Origin: Okeania sp. SIO1H4
Lineage (GTDB): Bacteria > Cyanobacteriota > Cyanobacteriia > Cyanobacteriales > Microcoleaceae
Direction: 5' to 3'
Length of the DNA: 64,000 bases
Assembly: GCF_010672695.1 (NCBI RefSeq)
Contig: NZ_JAAHGB010000033.1
Coordinates: 7,965-71,964, forward strand
The notes beneath the pieces were generated by a model that saw nothing but the letters and a program-made list of their open reading frames with translations, was not told the DNA's origin and did not search any database. This document shows positions 41,301 to 51,039 of the stretch, in pieces. Both the position numbers and the translations under genes were made by a program. Numbering within the stretch: the first letter of the stretch is position 1; each line of letters opens with the position of its first letter.

Positions 41301-42338
41301 GTGTTGGTAGTGCCTAATTTATCATTTGGCAAAATTGCAAAGTTTTCGGTTTCTATCAGAATAGGAATTTTTATTTTAACATTATTTCTGGGTTGGATAC
41401 CACTAGCAGCACCAATATATTTTTTTGGGCGAGATGCAAATTTAGCGAGTATATTGGCGATCGCTCTATTATATATAGAGTTTATTATTTTAGTCCAGTT
41501 TTGGGGAAAGAAAGTTTATCAACAACCACACCTACTACGTCACTACGGTTTAGAAATAAGTAGGGTCAACTTTCAGAATTTTTTTCAAGGTTTAGGAATA
41601 GGTTTAGTTAGTCTGTTTGGTTTTTTTATTTTAGAAACGTTTCTGGGATGGGTAATATGGCAGTCACCTTCAGCAAAGTTACCTCAATTTATTCTGGAAG
41701 GTTTATTGGTATCTGTGGGTATTGGTTTTGCTGAGGAGTTACTATTTCGAGGGTGGTTATTGGATGAGTTGGAGCGAGACTACAAACCAAAAGTAGCTTT
41801 GTGGGTAAGTAGTATTGTGTATGCCTTACTACACTTTATTAAACCAGTTGAGGAAATTTTGCGGATTTGGTTTCAGTTTCCTGGTTTGGTGTTGTTAGGT
41901 TTAATCTTTGTTTGGGCAAAACGTGGATCAGTTGAAGAAGGAAGAAGGAAGAAGGAAGAAGGAAGAAGGCATCCCCCCTTGCCCCCCTTTGAAAGGAAGA
42001 AGGAAGAAGGCATCCCCCCTTGCCCCCCTTTGAAAGGAAGAAGGAAGAAGTGGATGGTGACTCAAAACCCAACTAATTATCAACACCGTGTAGATAGCGG
42101 GGTATTAAACCCAAAAGAAAAAGATAAATTGACTTATTATCAACAACAATTATTGGGTTTGCCTATTGGTATTCATGCTGGTTTTGTTTGGGGTTATTAC
42201 ATTATTAATGTGGGTGGTTTAGTTAAGTATTCTAGTGTAGTTGGAGAGTGGATAGTTGGGATAAATGGTAATCCTTTAGCAGGTGTAATGGGGTGGTTTT
42301 TTTTAGGAGCGATCGCTTTGTTTATTCAGCGAAAGTGA
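41301..42338 (+). CDS. CPBP-family (CAAX-protease-like) intramembrane metalloprotease carrying an in-frame ~175-nt repeat-element insertion
   Basis: Motif 1 EELLFRGWL, motif 2 YALLHF and motif 3 region HAGFVWGYYIIN are present. Between motifs 2 and 3 (about 41930-42135) lie heptamers (GAAGGAA), duplicated GGCATCCCCCCTTGCCCCCCTTTGAAAG units and the GGGGTATTAAACCC core. The frame is preserved. Confidence 0.6.
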   Translation: MLVVPNLSFGKIAKFSVSIRIGIFILTLFLGWIPLAAPIYFFGRDANLASILAIALLYIEFIILVQFWGKKVYQQPHLLRHYGLEISRVNFQNFFQGLGIGLVSLFGFFILETFLGWVIWQSPSAKLPQFILEGLLVSVGIGFAEELLFRGWLLDELERDYKPKVALWVSSIVYALLHFIKPVEEILRIWFQFPGLVLLGLIFVWAKRGSVEEGRRKKEEGRRHPPLPPFERKKEEGIPPCPPLKGRRKKWMVTQNPTNYQHRVDSGVLNPKEKDKLTYYQQQLLGLPIGIHAGFVWGYYIINVGGLVKYSSVVGEWIVGINGNPLAGVMGWFFLGAIALFIQRK

Positions 42339-42567
42339 ATTGGTATAACCTAGAGGTAGTTATAGTCATTTAACTTTAGATTGAGACAAAGCTTTCTTGC
42401 TATGAGGGAGTTTCAGACGAAAAAACGTCTCATTTTTAAGTTAAACTACTATATATCATGTCTGGATAATAGCGTTCTGATTCAATATCAAATTGCTAAT
42501 AGCTATAATGCTTATAGAACAAGTTTTTTGGGGAATTTATAATTTATAAAGCGACAAGTCTAATATT

Positions 42568-43947
42568 TTATACAGTTGCAACAGAGGTAGGTTTTGTTTG
42601 TGACAGTATGCGTTTAGCTTTCATCAGCATTTTTACTCCTCCCTTGGGTCCTAAAGTTACTCCTCGACGTTGGGGTTTTACAGGTTGATTTTCTGCTAAT
42701 TCCATCTCGAAATTAGATAATAGAGTTGCCAATACCAAGCGCATCTCAAAATCTGCTAGTGCCATTCCCAAACAGCGACGACTGCCACCTCCAAATGGCA
42801 AATATTCATAGGGAGAAAACTTCTTCTCCAAAAATCGCTCTGGCTTAAACTTTTTCGGTTCTGGGTACAAATCTTCTCGTTGGTGAGTCAAATAAATAGA
42901 ACCACGAATTGTTGTATCTGCTTCCAAGTGATAACCCTGCAACTCAACAGGTTGTTTTGTCCGACGAGGAAATGTCATAACTACTACTGGATATATTCGT
43001 AAGGTTTCCTGACAAACTGCTGTGAGATAGGGTAAACGGAATATTGTCATGGGTTCAGCATCTATTTCCAGAGTTGTCAACTCTTCGATCAACTTTTGAT
43101 ACACTTGTGGTTGTTTATGAACCCAATAAACTGCCCAAGCTAGAGCTGTTGCAGTGGTTTCGTGACCAGCCAATAACAATGTCATCAACTCATCCCGAAT
43201 TTCTTGGTCTGTCATACCTTGACCTTCTTCATCTTGTGCTAATAGCATTAAGGTCAAGATATCAGTACGATTTGGATCTAGTTGAGAGCGGCGAGTGGCA
43301 ATTTCTGTATATAGGAGTTCATTAAGTTTTTGTTGTTGACGCTGATACTTACCCCAAGGACTCCAAGGGCCTAAATCCTTTTGCAACCAGGGAAAAAATA
43401 ATAAACTAGCTCGGAGTGGAGAAGCTGTGAGTTCAAGAAAATCTGTCAACATTGACCTAATTTGTGATAAGCGGGGGCTATCATATAGACCAAAAACAGT
43501 TTGGAGTATCACCTGCATCGTAATTTCTTGCATCAGTTTACGGGCAATAAATGTTTTACTCACTGTTAAGTTGCTGGCTACTTCTTTGGTGATGTTACAG
43601 ATTAAATCACCATAGTTCCGCATTCTGTTGCCATGAAAGGGAGGCATTAATAATTTGCGTTCTCGACGGTGGCGATCACCTTCTAAGCAAGAAATTGAGT
43701 ATTCCCCAAACACTGATTGTAAAAGTTTATTAGCAGGAACTTCATACTCATTATTATCCTTTGTCAATACCTCCTGCAAAGCTTGCGGACTGCTGAGGAT
43801 CACAGCTTTCTCAGCAGGAGCAGGAGTTATCATGGTAAAAATATCTCCATACTTCTTGGCATAAAATTCAAGAGTATTGAGTGGAGCGAGAACCAATTGC
43901 AGTCTCTGAAAGAGGGGTGGTGTTTTTGAGCCTTTGATTAATTTCAT
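42568..43947 (-). CDS. Cytochrome P450
   Basis: Heme-binding FGGGSRRCLGMALA, ETLR and PERF motifs. 459 aa. Confidence 0.85.
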   Translation of the reverse strand: MKLIKGSKTPPLFQRLQLVLAPLNTLEFYAKKYGDIFTMITPAPAEKAVILSSPQALQEVLTKDNNEYEVPANKLLQSVFGEYSISCLEGDRHRRERKLLMPPFHGNRMRNYGDLICNITKEVASNLTVSKTFIARKLMQEITMQVILQTVFGLYDSPRLSQIRSMLTDFLELTASPLRASLLFFPWLQKDLGPWSPWGKYQRQQQKLNELLYTEIATRRSQLDPNRTDILTLMLLAQDEEGQGMTDQEIRDELMTLLLAGHETTATALAWAVYWVHKQPQVYQKLIEELTTLEIDAEPMTIFRLPYLTAVCQETLRIYPVVVMTFPRRTKQPVELQGYHLEADTTIRGSIYLTHQREDLYPEPKKFKPERFLEKKFSPYEYLPFGGGSRRCLGMALADFEMRLVLATLLSNFEMELAENQPVKPQRRGVTLGPKGGVKMLMKAKRILSQTKPTSVATV

Positions 43948-44199
43948 ATTAGATTTGTGAATTTTTAGACTGTTTAATGTTAGAAGTTAACAAGAGCATT
44001 TTATCGGTTTTTTTGTCTCAGATTTAATACCCTAGTGTTATACAAATTTTTATGTTGGCGACAACCGTTTGCGTAGCATTCCGTAGGAAAACAATTAATT
44101 ATTAATTATTACCTCTCTTTGGCCAAGTTCTTTACATTGGACAAGTTTTTTCGCACTTTCAGGAGTTTTATCCCCTCAATCCATTTTTTTAATCTTTTT

Positions 44200-44350
44200 T
44201 TACCAAATAATTAAGGTTTAAAGCCTCTCCTTTGAAGGAGAAACAAGCGGTCCTCTTCGGAGCTTCCCGTAGGGTGGGATGGCGCAATTCGGAGCAGCTC
44301 TGATAAGAGCGGGTATCCTCACCATATCCATGATACCAAGAGAAGAAAAA
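44200..44350. repeat. Dispersed element (core CGCCATCCCACCCTACGGGAAGCTCCGAAGAGGACCGCTTG on minus strand) with an inverted copy at 56330-56480 and a related segment at 17040-17110
   Basis: Compared by eye: about 40 of 44 core positions are identical. It is flanked by TTAATTATTAATTATTA runs. Confidence 0.6.
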
Positions 44351-44476
44351 ATTTTCATGATTAGTCAATCCTCTTCTTTTCAAGGAGAGGTAATTGTTAA
44401 TTATTAATTATTAATTGTTGAAAGATACCCTCTAGTAATTAGTATTAGAAGGTAGAGAGTTGAAGCATCATACAAT

Positions 44477-45421
44477 TCAAATATCTTGTCTATTTCTGGC
44501 ATCTAAAAATTTTAATTGTTGATACAACATTCCAATTTTATCTAGCTGAATACCTGCTGCACCTGCCATTCGTAAGGGGTTGCCAATAATACTTTCTATT
44601 TCTAAAGGTTGTCGTCGCTCATAATCAATTTTCATGCTAGTTAAATAAGGGTTTAATTTGTCAGTATGGTCTAACATATTTTGAATATAACTATCTGGAA
44701 CTTGGCACTTACAACTTTTTGCACCCTCCAATACTTCCTGCATTATTTCTGTGATTAAGTTTCTAGTATGAGTGTCTCCCATCATTTCATCAGTTCGAGC
44801 ATCTAGAATTACTGACAAGCTGTTATAAGGAATATTCCAAACTAATTTTTTCCATCTTTCTTGAAATAAATCTTCAGTCAAATTAACTTGTATTCCAGCA
44901 CTTTCAAAATCCTGGGAAATTTCACGCATTTTATTAGTAATACTAGCAGGTTGATAATTTGTGGCATATTTTCCGATTCTAATCAAACCATAATCTACAT
45001 GGCGAATATGACCGTGACCTATTTTATTAGAAGCAATATTAGATACTCCTCCAATCACTCTTTCTTCACCAAAAATTTTGGCTATTTCAGGTTCTGCACC
45101 CAATCCATTTTGTAAGAGTAAGACAACGTTATTTTCTTGGCACAAAGGTGGGAGTAATTCTGGTAATAAATAGTTTTGCGTTGTTTTTAATGCTACGAGA
45201 ATTACATCACATTTTGGCATTTTATTAGTATTGTTATAGGCGTTAATTTGAGGGAGGGTAAAGTCGCCATTTTTGGATTCTATGATTAAGCCATTTTTGA
45301 GAACGTGCTGATAATCACTACGCAGTAAAAAATGAACTTCTAATCCTGCTTTTTGTAGTTTTGCACCGTAAAAACCTCCTAGTGCGCCACTGCCAATAAT
45401 CGCGTAAGTATTTTTTGACAT
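44477..45421 (-). CDS. panE: 2-dehydropantoate 2-reductase (ketopantoate reductase)
   Basis: N-terminal Rossmann IIGSGALGGFYGAKL and the ApbA C-terminal domain. 314 aa. Confidence 0.8.
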   Translation of the reverse strand: MSKNTYAIIGSGALGGFYGAKLQKAGLEVHFLLRSDYQHVLKNGLIIESKNGDFTLPQINAYNNTNKMPKCDVILVALKTTQNYLLPELLPPLCQENNVVLLLQNGLGAEPEIAKIFGEERVIGGVSNIASNKIGHGHIRHVDYGLIRIGKYATNYQPASITNKMREISQDFESAGIQVNLTEDLFQERWKKLVWNIPYNSLSVILDARTDEMMGDTHTRNLITEIMQEVLEGAKSCKCQVPDSYIQNMLDHTDKLNPYLTSMKIDYERRQPLEIESIIGNPLRMAGAAGIQLDKIGMLYQQLKFLDARNRQDI

Positions 45422-46092
45422 TTTATTGAACTTAAATTCGACTCTGTTTCTATTTTATTGTAAGCATTTCCTACGGAATGCTGCGCAAACAGCTATTAGC
45501 TGTCAGCTCTCAACAACAAGACTCTCTCATATAGGACAGTGTTTAAATTAATATAGACTTTAAGGGCAAGGGAGCTAACTTTTGCAGTAAGACAATTAAT
45601 AAAGCTTTTATCGTAAACTAAAAGCAATAGCTAATAGTTATGACTGACCGTTGAATGCTTCAATAAAAGTTTTATTTAAACCCTGTTATTAAGAGCGAAG
45701 TATTAAATTTTTGTACTTCATATACTTGCATTTTGCTGTATTAAACTCAGCTCTATAATTATTTTGTCTGTTCAAATTTTTCAACTTTAATTTTGTTACA
45801 TGAATATTCTTTCCATTATCCACTTTGAAATTTGTCCTAAAGCAAATCTTCCTGCCAATGCTAGGAAAATATAATACAGTAGATTCCAATTTAATGAGGT
45901 ACACCAGTTGTGGGCAAGATGCCCGCACTACAAACATTTAATTGTTAATCTCTGTACTTCTTATGGGAGGAATTTGCTGTAATTTATATTTATCACTCCA
46001 GCTTCAGTTTCTAGAATGTTCTGAACAAAGAAAGATAGAAAAAAATAGCAGGCAAAAACAGTACTAAAACTTTAGTTTTAGTGTTTATAAAA

Positions 46093-46183
46093 GTTATAGC
46101 AGTCGAAGGAAAGGTTAGGACAGATAAAAAATTTAAAACTCAGACAAAGCAATATTTTTCTTTATTCCCTCTTCCTTCTACTA
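46093..46183. repeat. Copy 2 of the 3'-end-associated element (see 2332-2433), just downstream of the minus-strand thioesterase stop
   Basis: TTATAGCAGTCGAAGGAAAGGTTAGGACAGATAAAAAATTTAAAACTCAGACAAAGCAATATTTTTC + CCTCTTCCTTC. Confidence 0.7.
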
Positions 46184-46208
46184 TGCACCAATTCCTGAAA
46201 ATAATGCT

Positions 46209-46649
46209 CTACTTATATTCATTGTTAATTTTTGAATAACTAGGAAAACTCAATAACCATTTCCTCATTTCATCAGATAATTTTTGCCTACTTCTACTTT
46301 GAGGATGAATACAAACGTGCTTCGTAATAGCTCTCGCCACCCACTTATCTCCTGCCTCTTTTAAAAAGACTTGATAGAAAATTTCAAACTCATCATCTCC
46401 CCAATTTTTAGGCATTAATTCAATAGTTAACTCATCTCCACAAAACATCGGGCGACGAAAATCAACATTAGCATGAATAATCGGAATAGCCATTTCTTGA
46501 TTACTAAAAAAGACTTTCAGATTAATACCAAATTCTCCTAAAGATGCCTCATAAGCTTCATGGCACATTGCTAAAACATTAGCAAAATAAACCACTCCAG
46601 CAGCATCGGTATCTTGAAAATGAACTATTCTTGTATAGTAAAAAGACAT
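46209..46649 (-). CDS. Hotdog-fold acyl-CoA thioesterase (4HBT family; DHNA-CoA thioesterase-like)
   Basis: RIVHFQDTDAAGVVYFANVLAMCHEAYE... resembles, from memory, the cyanobacterial 1,4-dihydroxy-2-naphthoyl-CoA hydrolase of phylloquinone synthesis. Confidence 0.55.
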   Translation of the reverse strand: MSFYYTRIVHFQDTDAAGVVYFANVLAMCHEAYEASLGEFGINLKVFFSNQEMAIPIIHANVDFRRPMFCGDELTIELMPKNWGDDEFEIFYQVFLKEAGDKWVARAITKHVCIHPQSRSRQKLSDEMRKWLLSFPSYSKINNEYK

Positions 46650-46759
46650 TTATAAAGATAGGTTTAATAGTTAAGTTGAAGAAAGTTTTAGGTGGAAGCT
46701 TTTAGGTTCAATTGAAGATTTAATTCCAAGCAATTTATAGATACTGTGAAAACGGTCAT

Positions 46760-47600
46760 ATTTTCTATACCTATAACCTACAACCTGCCATCTACCACTT
46801 AAGGAAGGATAAGGACAATAAATCATATATTCAGGAATTAGGGATTTTTGAGTTCTAAACGCTACATATCTGTAACGTTATAGTTTTTGTTTCCTATATA
46901 TAGTGTCTTTACCTAAATTCTGATAATCTGACACCTACCACTAAAGCAAAGGTAGGGATAATAAATCATATATTTAAGAATTAGGGATTTTTAATTTCTA
47001 AACACTACATATCTATAACGTTATAGTTTTTGTTCTCTATATATAGTTTCTTTACCTAAATAGAGTAGGAACAATTAATCATAATATTCAGGAATTAGGG
47101 ATTTTTGAGTTCTAAACACTACATATCTGTAACGTTATAGTTTTTGTTTCCTATATATAGTGTCTTTACCTAAATATCGATCGCCTAACACCTACCACTA
47201 AAGCAAAGGTAGGGATAATAAATCATATATTTAAGAATTAGGGATTTTTAAGTTCTAAACGCTACATATCTGTAACGTTATAGTTTTTGCTCTCTATATA
47301 TAGTGTACTTGCCTAAATTTTGATAATCTAACACCTACCACTAAAGCAAAGGTAGGGATAATAAATCATATATTTAAGAATTAGGGATTTTTAAGTTCTA
47401 AACGCTACATATCTGTAACGTTATAGTTTTTGCTCTCTATATATAGTGTACTTGCCTAAATTTTGATAATCTAACACCTACCACTAAAGCAAAGGTAGGG
47501 ATAATAAATCATATATTTAAGAATTAAGGATTTTTGAGTTCTAAACACTACAGATATGTAACGTTATAGTTTTTGCTCACTATATATAGTAGTTGAAGCA
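46760..47600. repeat. Tandem array of 6 units of ~141 bp (ACCTACCACTAAAGCAAAGGTAGGGATAATAAATCATATATTTAAGAATTAGGGATTTTTAAGTTCTAAACGCTACATATCTGTAACGTTATAGTTTTTGCTCTCTATATATAGTG...), with units 47194-47335 and 47336-47477 identical
   Basis: Direct reading. Whole units repeat with no unique spacers. The last unit grades into copy 3 of the 3'-end element (47581-47685). Confidence 0.85.
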
Positions 47601-47756
47601 AAGGGTGCGGACATATCAAAAGCTTAAAACTCAGACAACGCAAGATTTTTCAGTCCTTAGCTCCTTCCTTCTTTCTTTTCTGAACAATGAACAATACTAA
47701 ATTTGATTGTAGTAATTGTTCATTGAACATTCATCAGGACTAATTTTGTAATTAAA

Positions 47757-48203
47757 TTAACCCTTATTTTTAATCATCATTACATCAATAATATTAGTAG
47801 CTACTGCTTCAGAAATTTCCAAAGCATTATATAACTCATTCAAAAGTTGTTCCTCCTCTTCAGCAAGGTCTCCATCTACTAAAACCAAGTCTGTACTAAC
47901 AGCAAAAACTGTTTCCCTTAACTCCTTTGGAAGTTTAGCAACTGCAGCATCAAACAAAGGCTTAATTTCTTGATTTTTAATCATATCGAGAAGACGGTCT
48001 TGCATTTCTGTTTTACGTTCTTTTGGATAATCACTAAACAGTTGCATACGAGAGAAAATATTATTAATACCTTGAGATTCACTCTTAGTAATAACACCAT
48101 CAGCAGCAACAGCAATTAAAGCGATCGCTGCAAAAGCTTCTGCCGGTTCTAATTGAATATCAGTAGCTTGTATTGTTGTTGTTCCTTGATCGAAAAGACC
48201 CAT
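47757..48203 (-). CDS. TerB-like (tellurite-resistance TerB domain) protein
   Basis: 148 aa, all-helical, AIALIAVAADGVITKSE...LLLNELYNALEIS pattern typical of the TerB fold. Confidence 0.45.
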   Translation of the reverse strand: MGLFDQGTTTIQATDIQLEPAEAFAAIALIAVAADGVITKSESQGINNIFSRMQLFSDYPKERKTEMQDRLLDMIKNQEIKPLFDAAVAKLPKELRETVFAVSTDLVLVDGDLAEEEEQLLNELYNALEISEAVATNIIDVMMIKNKG

Positions 48204-48317
48204 TTTAGTACCTCATTAATGATTTTTTTACCATCTCTATTTTGGAAAAATATTAGGTGTTATTAAATAAGTTTTAGATTGAATCTACAACCTAAAATTT
48301 ACCACCTACTACCTTCT

Positions 48318-49673
48318 TCAATACTTCTCAAAAACTGTTAAATTAGCTTTGAGAAAATCAATAAATTGTCGTGCCGTTCGCCCAGAGCGACCATTATATT
48401 TCGTAGCCCATTGTAAAGCTTGATAGTCTAAATCTTCAGGATTTAGATTAATTTTTGCCTGTTTTGCCAGATGTCTAACAATTGTTAAATAAGTATCCTG
48501 GTTAGCAGGTTCAAAAGTTAAAGTTAAGCCAAAGCGATCGCTAAAAGAAAGCTTTTCTTGAACTGTATCCCAATTATGAACCTCATCACTATCTTTTGGG
48601 CGAGGGCGATCGTTAAAAAATTCTCTAATTAAATGCCTTCTATTTGATGTAGCATAGACTACCACATTTGTTGGTCTAGCAGTTAAATTACCCTCTAAAA
48701 CAACTTTAAGAGCTTTAAAAGTATCATCATCTTCTTCAAAGGAAAGGTCATCGACAAAGATAATAAATTTTTGTGGAATATCGCGTAATTTTTCTACAAT
48801 TAATGGTAAATCTTTTAGGTTTGATTTAGCCACTTCGACTAAACGAAGATTGCGTTGACTATACTCATTTAATAAGGCTTTTATTAAAGAGGATTTGCCA
48901 GAACCGCGACTACCATAAAGTAATATATTAAGGGCTGAATATCCTGCTAGGAGAAATTCTGTATTTTTGATTAAGGCATCTTTTTGAAATTCATATCCGA
49001 CCAATTCTTTTAATTCAACTGGGTCAGGGTAAGTAATAGTAAGTAGTTGACCGTTACGCCATTCAAAGGCAATTGATTCAGCAAATAAACCAGTGCCATT
49101 ATGATGATAATGAGTGGCTAAGGTCTCAATGGCATCTGCCCAATTTTCTAATTTTTTTAACTCGTCGTAGATAGCTTCTTTTTGTTGTGATTGTATTTCC
49201 CACGCAATAGGGGGATTCTCTAATTTAGCTATTGTTTTTACCCACTGACTAATTGTTTTACCACTGCACTGATAAAGATTTTGTAAAATTTGTAAATCAT
49301 GTTTTGCAGCTGCAATTAAATTTGGAGATAGGCTGGTAATATTTATTTTTTGAACTTGTTGACTAAAGGGATTATCATCTTGAATAATCTGAGCAATTAG
49401 ATATTCTTGCCAGGAAATATTTTGACTAGCAATATTTATAAACCAGTTACCATAAGCTTGAAGGCATTCTATAGCAACTCCATCATTTTTAGACAAAGAT
49501 TCTAATAATTGGATAAAAGCTTCACCCACTGTTTTTTTTAGAACAGACTTATATAACAATAGAGATGCTATTTGCTGTTGTAAGTTTTGAATTTTGGCTA
49601 ACACTTGGGAACCTAAACAAGACATAATTAATGATATGATTGCCTTATTAAATAAAGGATCAGCACTTAGCAC
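48318..49673 (-). CDS. P-loop AAA-type ATPase (DUF815-like)
   Basis: Walker A LLYGSRGSGKSSLIKAL and Walker B KFIIFVDDLSFEEDDD in the C-terminal half. The N-terminal ~200 aa are helical with no recognisable motif. 451 aa. Confidence 0.45.
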   Translation of the reverse strand: MLSADPLFNKAIISLIMSCLGSQVLAKIQNLQQQIASLLLYKSVLKKTVGEAFIQLLESLSKNDGVAIECLQAYGNWFINIASQNISWQEYLIAQIIQDDNPFSQQVQKINITSLSPNLIAAAKHDLQILQNLYQCSGKTISQWVKTIAKLENPPIAWEIQSQQKEAIYDELKKLENWADAIETLATHYHHNGTGLFAESIAFEWRNGQLLTITYPDPVELKELVGYEFQKDALIKNTEFLLAGYSALNILLYGSRGSGKSSLIKALLNEYSQRNLRLVEVAKSNLKDLPLIVEKLRDIPQKFIIFVDDLSFEEDDDTFKALKVVLEGNLTARPTNVVVYATSNRRHLIREFFNDRPRPKDSDEVHNWDTVQEKLSFSDRFGLTLTFEPANQDTYLTIVRHLAKQAKINLNPEDLDYQALQWATKYNGRSGRTARQFIDFLKANLTVFEKY

Positions 49674-50088
49674 TCAGCAATTAGTAGGAGCATTTTTTTT
49701 AGGTTTATAAGGGGATTTCAACTCCTACTAAACTATCTGAAACAATATTTGTTAGAGATTTTAACCCAAACTCAAAAAACTTTATAATAGCTGATAGCTT
49801 ACCACTGGATACTTACCTATTTCTTTGGCGTAATGTAAATCTATGTAATTCTATAATAAATTTTACTCTTTGTAGTTATAAACCACTATTTTTTTACATT
49901 TACTTAAGATGCAATTTAAGATCGAGAAATATTTCAAAAAATGTTATTGAATAGTTGAAAATTTCATTTTTAATCATAGTTTAATAATTATTGAATCTTG
50001 ATTAAGCAATATTAAGTTTTGATAAATTGGCTAGCTATTGCCACAAATAAGCTGTATAAGTTAGTTTTAGTTTTAGGAGTTAATAATA

Positions 50089-50427
50089 ATGACTATAAAT
50101 ATCGCCATAATAGCAGCGATCGCCTATGGTATATTAGCCATTGTTGGGGGCATTATTGGATATACGAAAGTAGGCAGCAAAATATCTTTAATATCTGGTA
50201 GTATCAGTGGTTTACTACTAATTGTTAGTGGAATTATTCAACTAATGGGCATGAATTGGGGTCTAATATTTTCTACCCTCATTACAACTATTCTAGTAAT
50301 TACATTCATTATTCGTTTAGCAAAAACTCGTAAAATGATGCCTGCGGGATTAATGATTTTAACTGGAGTTGCTGCTGTAGCAGTTATGGTTTATGAAATT
50401 ACCATAAACAATTCAGCCACAATTTAA
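50089..50427 (+). CDS. Small 4-TM membrane protein (TMEM14-like)
   Basis: 112 aa with four Gly/Ile-rich hydrophobic helices. Confidence 0.45.
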   Translation: MTINIAIIAAIAYGILAIVGGIIGYTKVGSKISLISGSISGLLLIVSGIIQLMGMNWGLIFSTLITTILVITFIIRLAKTRKMMPAGLMILTGVAAVAVMVYEITINNSATI

Positions 50428-51039
50428 AAAGAAACGTAAGTATTTAGCCGTCAGCTTTCAGCTCCATTAGAACTAATGACTATAGCCTTTAAAGCAGAAG
50501 TTACCATTGACAGATTTTATCTAATTAAAAATATGAATTAAAAGTTTCCCTAGTAACTTCTAAAGTCTTAAAAAATGCTTACTTCATTTATTAATCAAGA
50601 TGAGAGCTGACCACTAATCACTGTTTGTGGAGCATTCAGGCACGGAAATCCTTATACCAATTTCATAAACTTGAGCTACTTAGGTTTGGAGTAGTCAGTA
50701 GTCAGTAGTCAGTAGTCAGGAGGTAAGGTGAGTAGCCTTACTTTTTGAATTTGGTATTACAAAGAAACAAAGAATATGGAAGAGATAAAAAAGTAGAAAC
50801 TTGCTCAATAGACATATAGATATCTCCAGAAAAGAGATAACAGGTAACAGGAAGAAATAATAGAAATCATCAATTATTTCTCCCTACTCCCCTACTCCCC
50901 TACTCCCTGCTCCCTACTCCCTACTCCCTAAATTGGGATTAATCAACCCATTAGCCGTACCAAAAAGATTAATTGGACTCTTACCATCAGTAATTAAAAC
51001 ACTCTGAAGACCAAGCCCCTACAACAACCTCGCCTGCAT

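Noticed and set aside
46760-47600. Possible CRISPR array
   Set aside because: Entire ~141-bp units repeat, including the would-be spacers. There are no short conserved repeats with unique spacers and no cas genes in the window. It is a tandem satellite or MITE array.
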